From NCBI GenBank assembly GCA_001785575.1, contig MFUC01000006.1, forward strand, positions 1 to 35,163: a stretch of DNA of 35,163 nucleotides, in the 5' to 3' direction. Shown piece by piece: positions 17,962-25,242 of the stretch. Origin of the DNA: Candidatus Nomurabacteria bacterium RIFCSPHIGHO2_02_FULL_38_15 (GTDB taxonomy: Bacteria > Patescibacteriota > Minisyncoccia > Phycocordibacterales > UBA9973). The notes beneath the pieces are model-generated. The model was given only the letters and a program-made list of their open reading frames with translations, searched no databases and was not told the DNA's origin. The position numbers were made by a program, and so were the translations under genes. The number at the start of each line of letters is the position of its first letter. The first letter of the stretch is position 1.

Positions 17962-18444
17962 ATGAAAATTATGAATTCTAAAATATTTACAAATAATTTC
18001 AAGAGAGTTTTTATAAGTTTATTTTTTGTCAGCATTTTGTTTACTGGCACGTTGGTTGTAAATAACCAAAGTGCTTTTGCCGATAAACACGAAAAAGTTG
18101 ATGTTAAAGCTGACAAGGATGATGCCGACGTAAAAGCTGATGATCCAGCGGGCGCAAAACCAGGCCTACAAATAACCCTAACCAACCCTCTAAAATCAGA
18201 AAATCTAGAGGATTTTGTGCAAGTTGTGCTGGCGGTGATTCTTAAATTTTTAATCCCAATCTTGGCGATTTTGTTTATTTATACCGGCTTTCAGCTGGTT
18301 ATGTCAGGTGGTGACAAAGCTGCCAGGAAGACGGCTAAAGACAACTTCTTTAACCTAGTTATTGGGGCAGTGTTGATTTTGGGTGCTTGGACATTTGGTA
18401 ATGTTATATTAAATACATTAAGAGAAACTGGAATTTTAAACTAA
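17962..18444 (+). CDS. VirB2/TrbC-like pilin, paralogue 2 (long acidic N-terminal extension)
   Basis: The signal peptide ends in SAFA. A KADKDDADVKADD region follows, then FIYTGFQLVMSGGDKAARKTAKDNFFNLVIGAVLILGAW (TM-loop-TM). Confidence 0.6.
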   Translation: MKIMNSKIFTNNFKRVFISLFFVSILFTGTLVVNNQSAFADKHEKVDVKADKDDADVKADDPAGAKPGLQITLTNPLKSENLEDFVQVVLAVILKFLIPILAILFIYTGFQLVMSGGDKAARKTAKDNFFNLVIGAVLILGAWTFGNVILNTLRETGILN

Positions 18445-18449
18445 ATACT

Positions 18450-18842
18450 ATGATTAAAACAAAAAACATATTAAAAAAATCATTAAAAACTTTACCCCTA
18501 GCCTTTTTACCGCTCATAGCTTTTGCCCAAACTGGCAGTACTTTGTGCGGGCCAATTAAGTACTCTAAATCATTGCAATGGTATTTGTGCGAAGTGTACA
18601 AAATTATTGGCCAGTATTTAATACCTTTGTTAATGTTGGCGGCCACTGGGTTTTTTATTTACGGCATTGTAATGTTTATTAAAAATGCCAACAATGAAAC
18701 CAAGCGCACAGAGTACAAAAATTACATGACCTGGGGTATTGTGGCATTGTTTGTGATGGTTTCAGTTTGGGGTATTGTGGCGATTTTGGGCCAAATTGTG
18801 GGTACAGATACATCAGTTATTCCACAAATTCGGTATAAATAG
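18450..18842 (+). CDS. VirB2/TrbC-like pilin, paralogue 3
   Basis: The signal peptide ends in AFAQ. There is a Cys pair (LCGP...YLCE), then FFIYGIVMFIKNANNETKRTEYKNYMTWGIVALFVMVSVWGIV. Confidence 0.65.
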   Translation: MIKTKNILKKSLKTLPLAFLPLIAFAQTGSTLCGPIKYSKSLQWYLCEVYKIIGQYLIPLLMLAATGFFIYGIVMFIKNANNETKRTEYKNYMTWGIVALFVMVSVWGIVAILGQIVGTDTSVIPQIRYK

Positions 18843-18873
18843 TTGACTTTTTATTTATGATATATGCTATAAT
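18843..18873 (+). promoter_or_regulatory. Promoter TTGACT-19-TATAAT (TGc extended -10)
   Basis: ttgactttttatttatgatatatgctataat. The spacer is slightly long. Confidence 0.45.
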
Positions 18874-18918
18874 CTAACTATAAAGGTTTTTATTAGTAAA
18901 CATTTATTTAATTTAATT

Positions 18919-19305
18919 ATGAAAAAAGTATTATTGATTTTAGGTTCAGCCTTGGCACCAGTTTTAGCTTTTGCGCAAGCAACGCCTAATTTTGGGTATG
19001 TTACAAGTGGTGTTACTCAAATATACACCTTATTTACAACCTACCTTATACCAGGGTTAATGCTAATAGCTACGGGCTTCTTCATTTGGGGAGTTATTGG
19101 TTATATAAGGGCTAGCAGTGACGATGCCAAGAAGGAGGCTAAACACCGATTGGTTCAAAGCGTCATTGCCTTGGCCGTTATTGTATCAGTTTGGGGTATT
19201 ATTGCATTGTTGCAAAGTATTTTAGGTGTTAGGGCGTCATCAACAACAAATGTTGTTTGTCCTCCTGGGTATACTGCTGTTGGTGCACGTTGCCTACCTA
19301 TATAA
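18919..19305 (+). CDS. VirB2/TrbC-like pilin, paralogue 4 (C-terminal Cys-loop tail)
   Basis: Signal peptide MKKVLLILGSALAPVLAFAQ, then FFIWGVIGYIRASSDDAKKEAKHRLVQSVIALAVIVSVWGII, and a tail VVCPPGYTAVGARCLPI. Confidence 0.65.
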   Translation: MKKVLLILGSALAPVLAFAQATPNFGYVTSGVTQIYTLFTTYLIPGLMLIATGFFIWGVIGYIRASSDDAKKEAKHRLVQSVIALAVIVSVWGIIALLQSILGVRASSTTNVVCPPGYTAVGARCLPI

Positions 19306-19327
19306 ATAATAATGTTTATAAACCATT

Positions 19328-19633
19328 ATGTTTAACATTGCCTATGCTGAAACAGACTCAGTTGTAAATGCAATTTTTGCCAAAGTTGTTGATCCAGTAA
19401 TAAACTTTTTGTTTATCCTAGCCTTCCTATACTTTATTTATGGCATTGTTGTGTTTATTCAAAATGCTAACAACGAGGAAGCCCGTGCAAAAGGCAAACA
19501 GCATATGGTATGGGGGATTGTGGGCCTACTAATAATGTTTAGCGCCTTTACCATAATGCAAATTATTGTAAATACGCTTGACCTGGAATCGCCACCCAAT
19601 GGCCCAAATTACCGCCAAATTGACCAAAATTAA
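19328..19633 (+). CDS. VirB2/TrbC-like pilin, paralogue 5 (no signal peptide)
   Basis: YFIYGIVVFIQNANNEEARAKGKQHMVWGIVGLLIMFSAF is close to paralogue 3. The N-terminus is only MFNIAYA. An in-frame TAA at 19319-19321 prevents extension. Confidence 0.55.
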   Translation: MFNIAYAETDSVVNAIFAKVVDPVINFLFILAFLYFIYGIVVFIQNANNEEARAKGKQHMVWGIVGLLIMFSAFTIMQIIVNTLDLESPPNGPNYRQIDQN

Positions 19634-19648
19634 ATTCGTGTAAAATAA

Positions 19649-19676
19649 AAAAGCCCCCACCTAAATGGGGGCTTTT
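19649..19676. terminator. Bidirectional intrinsic terminator
   Basis: aaaagccccca-cctaaa-tgggggctttt, with A/T runs on both sides. It lies between the convergent pilin operon and the 19689 gene. Confidence 0.75.
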
Positions 19677-19688
19677 GGCAAGTGTTTG

Positions 19689-20393
19689 TTAAAAGACTCG
19701 CCATTCTCTTACTGTAGCTTCTCCTCTGACCTCTTCAAAAAGTACTCTACTCCCAACTCTGGCTCTTTCTGGGTCACCTTTTATTATTTGGTCTGTTTGA
19801 ATACCAAGCGAATCAGTGGTGAGCTTTTTCTCAAAACCATTGCCCCTAATCGAGACTTCTGAGTTTGGTTCAAGCATAACCCTAAATCTACCACCATCTA
19901 AAACGGTTGTTATAAAAACTCCGTTAATTTGGGTTTCAGTTGTGTCAGGCACTTGAGGTTTACTTTTGTCCATCAAACCTGATGCTGGTGGGTCTTTGGA
20001 CACAACGGGATTATTTTTGAACTCAAGGTATGTTACAAAAATTGGTATTATTACAAGAAGTATGTAATACCAACTTGAACTAACAAACCTCAAGAAATTT
20101 AAAATTACAGCTGTTGCTATTGCGACCAAGCTTATCCAAAATGCGAATGAGCCCATCCAAACATTCCATATGCCATCAAGGTGATACCTTACAATCATGT
20201 GAATCAAAATGATTGCAACAATTGGGCCAATTAGAAACAGCAAACTATTCCTGTTTCTGGCCATCCAATTTGGGTTGTTTGTGTTTCTGTTCTGTGGCGT
20301 TGTACCTGTACCTGAAAGGGACCACGCTGCTATAAATAGTGATATTATCACAATTACCAGCAGTACTATTATTACTATTGTTGTTGTTTCCAT
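19689..20393 (-). CDS. Four-TM membrane protein with a C-terminal beta-rich soluble domain (NfeD-like architecture)
   Basis: Four hydrophobic helices lie in the first ~125 aa. A Pro-rich linker follows, then an ~85-aa domain (INGVFITTVLDGGRFRVMLEPNSEVSIRGNG...). The NfeD assignment rests on architecture and neighbour only. Confidence 0.35.
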   Translation of the reverse strand: METTTIVIIVLLVIVIISLFIAAWSLSGTGTTPQNRNTNNPNWMARNRNSLLFLIGPIVAIILIHMIVRYHLDGIWNVWMGSFAFWISLVAIATAVILNFLRFVSSSWYYILLVIIPIFVTYLEFKNNPVVSKDPPASGLMDKSKPQVPDTTETQINGVFITTVLDGGRFRVMLEPNSEVSIRGNGFEKKLTTDSLGIQTDQIIKGDPERARVGSRVLFEEVRGEATVREWRVF

Positions 20394-20420
20394 AAAATGT
20401 ACAATTAATTAACTTTGCTA

Positions 20421-20449
20421 ACTATAGCATATACAAACATAAAAGTCAA
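20421..20449 (-). promoter_or_regulatory. Promoter TTGACT-17-TATAGT (TGc extended -10)
   Basis: The minus strand reads ttgacttttatgtttgtatatgctatagt, 27 nt upstream of the ATG at 20393. Confidence 0.6.
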
Positions 20450-20450
20450 A

Positions 20451-20478
20451 TAAAAAGCCCCTACCTTAAAGTAGGGGC
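20451..20478 (-). terminator. Intrinsic terminator for the 20495-22036 gene
   Basis: gcccctac-cttaaa-gtaggggc. On the minus strand it is followed by TTTTTA. Confidence 0.75.
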
Positions 20479-20494
20479 AAAATCGCTAATTAAT

Positions 20495-22036
20495 CTAAGG
20501 CTTTTTTGGTTTTTTAGCCTCAACTTTACTTTTTAGGTGTTCGTCAACATTCAATATCATTGACGCATCACCACCCAGTGAAAGCAACTCGCTTTCTTTC
20601 AACTGTTCGGATATATACATACTATGGCCGTTATTCTCAGCAACAGCCTTGTATTTTTCTCTTATAACTGCGGTCTCAGCTTTGCCGATGTTTTCTTTCG
20701 CGGTAGATTCTGCGACAGATTTTGAAGTTATTCTTCGATTTTCTCCATCTTGCTGAACATCCAACTTTTCTTGTCTCACAACCTCAGCCTTTTTTAGGTA
20801 TACTTCTTTTTGCTCCTCCAATTGGATTTCTTTCATTGCTGCATTCTCAGCACTTTCAAAAAGTACTATTTCTACATCAATGATTGCAACTCCCACAGTA
20901 TAAACAAGGTGAATATCGTTTGCCGAATCCTTAGGAACAAACTGATCATCTTCAAATCTATGCCCAGATAATTCAATCAGCTTATTGTAAATCGAATCAC
21001 TTTCCAAGTCCTTGTACTGAGCTTCGCTGTTTAGACTTGTAAAATCTTTTGAAGCAACATAGTCACGACAAATGGATTCTATTTCTGCCTTAGCTTTTAC
21101 CAACCAATTACCGGGACTGTCATTTTTGAACAATTGTTTTTTAGGGAATATGGAGTGAAATGTAATTACAAAACCATAGTTAACCCTTTCTAACCCCTTT
21201 GTTTCAAGGTCTCTTACTGTGACATACTGTTGTTGGCGTATTCGTAAGCCATAAACCAACTCTTCTCGAAGGATCGGGTCAATATTGTTTGGATCTTTTA
21301 TTTTAGTCCATTCCCAGTTGTAAGTGAAGATTCTTCTAATGGGTGGAATTCCAACCCAGTAAAGTCCTCCAAAATAGGTCGGCATTGAGTTCTTACCTTT
21401 AACAAGTATTCCGTCTATTTCATTTTCGTTACTTGCTTTGTTTACGTAATAACCCCTAGGCGTTAATGTTTTAATAAGTTGATTACTTTGGTCAACAACA
21501 AATTTTATATCATTTTCACCAACACCTGTGAACCAAAGAGTTCTAAACTGAGCATTCAAACCAAAAACTTTGGATAGTGCCAAGTAAAGAGGCCAATACA
21601 TAACAGACCACAAGGCAAGTATGGTTATACCAGCCAATATGTTATCAGTAATCGAAATTAGTAAACCTAACACAAAACCTAATACGAAGTAAAAGGTCTT
21701 TAAGATTATTTTTGTCACAGATACTTGTTCTATAGAAGATTTTTCCCTCCAATTTTTCAAAAACTTCTTGAACCATGACTCTTTTTTAGGTCTTGGATTT
21801 GATGGTTGAGGGTTAAGAATTGGCATAAGTTCCTCAAAATGAGCAAATTCCGCTTCTTCTTTTTCGATAGGTTTTCCTGAAAATAAGTCTATTAGACCCA
21901 ATATCAGGAATATAGTTACGATAAATATAACCGCAACTACTAGGGCAAGCGAGGGTTTGTTAAGTACAACCCATGCTATAACTAGCAATGGCAAAAATAT
22001 GCACATCACCACAGAATCATTCTTATTCTTTTTCAT
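20495..22036 (-). CDS. Four-TM membrane protein with an SPFH/band-7-like domain and a Glu/Lys-rich coiled-coil tail
   Basis: Two pairs of TM helices are followed by a ~230-aa domain ending in VGVAIIDVEIVLFESAENAAMKEIQLEEQKE.... An A/E/K-rich helix follows. This resembles the stomatin/flotillin layout, but the call is by eye only. Confidence 0.4.
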   Translation of the reverse strand: MKKNKNDSVVMCIFLPLLVIAWVVLNKPSLALVVAVIFIVTIFLILGLIDLFSGKPIEKEEAEFAHFEELMPILNPQPSNPRPKKESWFKKFLKNWREKSSIEQVSVTKIILKTFYFVLGFVLGLLISITDNILAGITILALWSVMYWPLYLALSKVFGLNAQFRTLWFTGVGENDIKFVVDQSNQLIKTLTPRGYYVNKASNENEIDGILVKGKNSMPTYFGGLYWVGIPPIRRIFTYNWEWTKIKDPNNIDPILREELVYGLRIRQQQYVTVRDLETKGLERVNYGFVITFHSIFPKKQLFKNDSPGNWLVKAKAEIESICRDYVASKDFTSLNSEAQYKDLESDSIYNKLIELSGHRFEDDQFVPKDSANDIHLVYTVGVAIIDVEIVLFESAENAAMKEIQLEEQKEVYLKKAEVVRQEKLDVQQDGENRRITSKSVAESTAKENIGKAETAVIREKYKAVAENNGHSMYISEQLKESELLSLGGDASMILNVDEHLKSKVEAKKPKKP

Positions 22037-22064
22037 AATTTTTTAAGGTTCTATTTCAGCCCAT

Positions 22065-22094
22065 ACTATAGCACGAAAGGGTAGTAAAAGTCAA
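22065..22094 (-). promoter_or_regulatory. Promoter TTGACT-18-TATAGT (TGc extended -10)
   Basis: The minus strand reads ttgacttttactaccctttcgtgctatagt, 28 nt upstream of the ATG at 22036. Confidence 0.6.
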
Positions 22095-22122
22095 GCCCAA
22101 AAAAGTTCTTAAGTTTATGCTG

Positions 22123-22195
22123 TCCACCCGGTTGGATTCGAACCAACGACCCTCCGCTTAAGAGGCGGGTGCTCTACCAACTGAGCTACGGGTGG
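22123..22195 (-). tRNA. tRNA-Lys (anticodon CTT)
   Basis: The cloverleaf was folded by hand. The acceptor is CCACCCG/CGGGTGG, with U8-A9, D arm GCTC-AGTTGGTA-GAGC, anticodon loop CTCTTAA, T arm GTTGG-TTCGAAT-CCAAC and discriminator A. No CCA is encoded. Confidence 0.9.
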
Positions 22196-22228
22196 ATATT
22201 TAAATAAAGGTTCTTAACCAGTCTTAGG

Positions 22229-22257
22229 ATTATAGATTAAAAACTCTAAAATTTCAA
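22229..22257 (-). promoter_or_regulatory. Promoter TTGAAA-17-TATAAT for tRNA-Lys
   Basis: The minus strand reads ttgaaattttagagtttttaatctataat. Confidence 0.65.
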
Positions 22258-22263
22258 CACCTA

Positions 22264-22291
22264 TTGAAAAAATTTTATTTTCGTGTAGACT
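22264..22291 (+). promoter_or_regulatory. Promoter TTGAAA-16-TAGACT for tRNA-Leu(TAG)
   Basis: ttgaaaaaattttattttcgtgtagact, about 29 nt upstream of the tRNA 5' end. Confidence 0.55.
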
Positions 22292-22320
22292 GTTATGATA
22301 ATAGTTAAATAATAAAATAT

Positions 22321-22402
22321 GCCCAGGTGGCGAAATTGGTAGACGCACTGCTCTTAGGAAGCAGCGAGGTGACTCATGAAGGTTCAAGTCCTTTCCTGGG
22401 CA
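22321..22402 (+). tRNA. tRNA-Leu (anticodon TAG), long variable arm
   Basis: Acceptor GCCCAGG/CCTGGGC, anticodon stem CTGCT/AGCAG with loop CTTAGGA, T loop TTCAAGT and discriminator A. No CCA is encoded. Confidence 0.9.
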
Positions 22403-22415
22403 CAAAGGTTATACG

Positions 22416-23057
22416 CTAACCATGTGCTAGAATTTTGTTAGCAATAACTCTTTTTCTACTTAGAGCAATGCTATTTCTTGTGTATAGTATGGGTAGTATT
22501 TTTATTGCATCATACTTACCGAAAACAAGCGTGTACACAGAAGATTTCTTGGGTTTATGAATTGATCCACCACTTATCTTGTAAAGCTTACTTACTTGAG
22601 AAAGTATCCAAACAAGAAAGTTTTTACTAGCAGAAGATAACCTGAGTTTATATTGAGGTTGCTTACTTTGTGAATGTTTAAAAATCGAAATGCAACCATC
22701 ACCATCTATACAGCCTCTTAAAAAATCTTTGAAGTATTTTTCAGGTATCTTTAACACATCAATAGTTTTTGACTTATTTGTAGTTAAGCCAATACTTACT
22801 AAAAATTCAAAAAAGTTCACATCGCTAAATTGTAATACAAAATATTTTTTATCATGTTCTCCACCACGTGCTTTTTTAGAATATTTCATTTCTATTTTTA
22901 AACCTATTGCGCAGTTACTAATCATTTCTAGATCTTTAGACGTGATAACTACATGCCTTTGGTCGGGTGACAAATTACCATCAGTCGCAATAACGCCTAT
23001 TGTATAAGCAAAATTAGAATTCCACTTTGTTTGAACCTTTGATTTTCTGTGGGCCAT
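22416..23057 (-). CDS. LAGLIDADG homing endonuclease, two-motif monomeric type, free-standing
   Basis: Two LAGLIDADG motifs are present: FAYTIGVIATDGNL and FLRGCIDGDGCI. It lies between tRNA-Leu(TAG) and tRNA-Cys on the opposite strand. Confidence 0.8.
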   Translation of the reverse strand: MAHRKSKVQTKWNSNFAYTIGVIATDGNLSPDQRHVVITSKDLEMISNCAIGLKIEMKYSKKARGGEHDKKYFVLQFSDVNFFEFLVSIGLTTNKSKTIDVLKIPEKYFKDFLRGCIDGDGCISIFKHSQSKQPQYKLRLSSASKNFLVWILSQVSKLYKISGGSIHKPKKSSVYTLVFGKYDAIKILPILYTRNSIALSRKRVIANKILAHG

Positions 23058-23063
23058 ATGTTT

Positions 23064-23092
23064 ATTATACTATGACATATAGCGTTTACCAA
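23064..23092 (-). promoter_or_regulatory. Promoter TTGGTA-17-TATAAT, 6 nt upstream of the endonuclease ATG
   Basis: The minus strand reads ttggtaaacgctatatgtcatagtataat-aaacat-ATG. Confidence 0.55.
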
Positions 23093-23142
23093 ATATCTTT
23101 TGTGGATTTAAGCTAATAAAAATAGTATACTTGTTATTACAA

Positions 23143-23214
23143 GGTCTAGTCGCCAAGTGGTAAGGCAAGAGTCTGCAAAACTCTTATACGGCGGTTCGAT
23201 TCCGCCCTAGACCT
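23143..23214 (+). tRNA. tRNA-Cys (anticodon GCA)
   Basis: Acceptor GGTCTAG/CTAGACC, anticodon stem AGAGT/ACTCT with loop CTGCAAA, T arm GGCGG-TTCGATT-CCGCC and discriminator U. No CCA is encoded. Confidence 0.9.
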
Positions 23215-23225
23215 CAAAAATTTTA

Positions 23226-23254
23226 TTGAAACGATGTTAATTTTATGATATATT
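23226..23254 (+). promoter_or_regulatory. Promoter TTGAAA-17-TATATT (TGa extended) for tRNA-Leu(TAA)
   Basis: ttgaaacgatgttaattttatgatatatt, 10 nt upstream of the tRNA 5' end. Confidence 0.6.
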
Positions 23255-23264
23255 TCAACAACAA

Positions 23265-23348
23265 GGGCCAGTGGCGAAATCGGTATACGCGCGACACTTA
23301 AAATGTCGTTCCATTATTGGGGTGCGGGTTCAAGTCCCGCCTGGCCCA
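23265..23348 (+). tRNA. tRNA-Leu (anticodon TAA), long variable arm
   Basis: Acceptor GGGCCAG/CTGGCCC, anticodon stem CGACA/TGTCG with loop CTTAAAA, T arm GCGGG-TTCAAGT-CCCGC and discriminator A. No CCA is encoded. Confidence 0.9.
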
Positions 23349-23355
23349 CAAAAAC

Positions 23356-23384
23356 AAAAAACACCTTATGATAAAGTGTTTTTT
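23356..23384. terminator. Weak AT-rich bidirectional hairpin between tRNA-Leu(TAA) and rbfA
   Basis: aaaaaacac-(11-nt loop)-gtgtttttt. Only three G/C pairs. Confidence 0.35.
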
Positions 23385-23386
23385 GT

Positions 23387-23722
23387 TTACTTTTTTTCAT
23401 CAGCGCGTAATAAGTCATTAATATGTCTAAAGTTTTTCTCGCCATCATCAACCATTACATCAAGGTAGGGTATAGTATGAGTTTTAATGCGCGATTCGCA
23501 AAATTCACGAATACCAGTTAGGCTGCGTTTTAAAAATCCAAAGGCCGCATTTTCCTTGTCTTCAGGTATGCAGGTATAGTAAATCATTGCCCGGCGACCT
23601 TTTTCATCCAGCACTACACGAGTAATTGTAATAATAGACGTTGTGCCGCCTTCACGTGCCACATATAAACCCGCCGCTTCGCGAATGGCTTCCTCTATTC
23701 TGTTATGCTTGATATTGTTCAT
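23387..23722 (-). CDS. rbfA: Ribosome-binding factor A
   Basis: RIEEAIREAAGLYV...ITITRVVLDEKGRRAMIYY...IREFCESRIKTHTIPYLDVMVDDG follows the RbfA pattern. Its start overlaps the infB stop by 1 nt, the classic infB-rbfA order. Confidence 0.8.
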   Translation of the reverse strand: MNNIKHNRIEEAIREAAGLYVAREGGTTSIITITRVVLDEKGRRAMIYYTCIPEDKENAAFGFLKRSLTGIREFCESRIKTHTIPYLDVMVDDGEKNFRHINDLLRADEKK

Positions 23723-25242
23723 TATTTTACAACTATTTTAAAAGCTTCTAAATAATCACCAGGGGCGATTTCGGTTTTTGATTCAACTGTCAGGCCACAT
23801 TCGTTGCCCTCGCCTAACTCTTTAATTTTAATTTTTTGACTTTGAATTTCAATAATTTTTCCAACACCAATTTCGTTCTCACGGCGCAATATCTTAACCA
23901 AACTACCTGAAATAATCACACCCTCATCAATGCGCCCACCAATAACTTGCTTGTCTTTGGTTTTACTAAAAAACTTCAAGACTTTTATTTTACCAATTGA
24001 TTCATGTACTTCTTGGCGGGGGCGTAGGGTTTCGATATATTCATCTAACCATTCGGTTAGTTTATAAATAATATTAAAAATTTCAACCCGCACACCCACC
24101 TGCACCTGCTCGTTAATGTCGCGAGCAATGTTACCAATTTTTACATTAAAACCAACAATAATAGCTTCTTTGTCGCCACTGGCTAATTTAATATCACCCT
24201 CGTTAATATCGCCCACACCAACTGAAATAATTTTATAGCTAATACATTCCTTTTTGATTTTACCAATTTCACGAACTATAGCCTCGGCAGTGCCAGCCAC
24301 ATCAGTTTTAATAATGATGGGTATAATTTTATCACCCTCGGGGCAAGTATTATTATCCAGTACACTTTTATTTTGCTCTTGATTATTTTCAACGCATAAA
24401 CCCTCGGCTTCTTTTTTAGTTTTTGTTGTTTGGAATAAGTCTCCAACATTTGGCACGTTGCTAAAGCCGGTCAAGGTTATGGGTTGCGATGGGCCGGCCA
24501 TGTCAATGCTTTTACCAAAGTAATTTTCAAGCATACGAGTCGTCGCAAAGCTTTGACCAGTGGCTATAAATTCACCCTTTTTAACTACGCCGTCTAAAAT
24601 TACCAATGTGGCTTTAGCACCGGTCTTGGCATCAATATGTGACTCTATCACAATGCCTGTGGCCAGATTTGTGTAATCACCCTTCAGTTCGGTAATATCA
24701 GCCACTAATAAAACAGTTTCTAGTAATTCATCAATGCCTGTGCCCTTCAGGCTGGAAATTGGTACAAAGGGCACGTCGCCACCCAGGCCTTCCAAGTATA
24801 CTTCGTGTTCAAGTAATTCGTATTTAACTTTTTCAACATTGGCGTTGGGCTTGTCTATTTTATTAATCGCCACTATGTAGGGCATATGGCTTTTTTTAAT
24901 CAGCTCAATAACTTCTTTGGTTTGGGCCTTGATACCATCCTCGGCCGAAATAACTAAAATCGCAATATCGGCCACGGTTGCACCCCGCGAACGCATACCG
25001 GTAAAAGCCTCGTGACCAGGAGTGTCCAAGAAAGTAATTTTGCGCATCTTGCCATCCTTGTCGGTATGCTCTACTTCATAGGCCGAAAGGTGTTGAGTAA
25101 TGCCACCAGCTTCGCGGTCAACGATATTGGTTTTGCGAATGTAATCAAGTAAAGTTGATTTGCCATGATCAACGTGACCCATAACTACAACAATGGGGGG
25201 GCGTTCGCGCAAATCGGTGCCGGCAGTTTTTTTAGCGTTCAT
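23722..25242 (-). CDS. infB: Translation initiation factor IF-2, minimal form (506 aa)
   Basis: The G domain begins at residue ~17 (VVVMGHVDHGKSTLLD, DTPGHEAF, NKID). The C-terminal beta-barrel domains are present. There is essentially no N-terminal region. Confidence 0.9.
   Translation of the reverse strand: MNAKKTAGTDLRERPPIVVVMGHVDHGKSTLLDYIRKTNIVDREAGGITQHLSAYEVEHTDKDGKMRKITFLDTPGHEAFTGMRSRGATVADIAILVISAEDGIKAQTKEVIELIKKSHMPYIVAINKIDKPNANVEKVKYELLEHEVYLEGLGGDVPFVPISSLKGTGIDELLETVLLVADITELKGDYTNLATGIVIESHIDAKTGAKATLVILDGVVKKGEFIATGQSFATTRMLENYFGKSIDMAGPSQPITLTGFSNVPNVGDLFQTTKTKKEAEGLCVENNQEQNKSVLDNNTCPEGDKIIPIIIKTDVAGTAEAIVREIGKIKKECISYKIISVGVGDINEGDIKLASGDKEAIIVGFNVKIGNIARDINEQVQVGVRVEIFNIIYKLTEWLDEYIETLRPRQEVHESIGKIKVLKFFSKTKDKQVIGGRIDEGVIISGSLVKILRRENEIGVGKIIEIQSQKIKIKELGEGNECGLTVESKTEIAPGDYLEAFKIVVK

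Noticed and set aside
22214-22405. 63-aa ORF overlapping tRNA-Leu(TAG). ORFs at 23271-23468 and 30683-30922 similarly overlap tRNA-Leu(TAA) and tRNA-Trp.
   Set aside because: These regions fold into canonical tRNA cloverleaves, so the ORFs are incidental.
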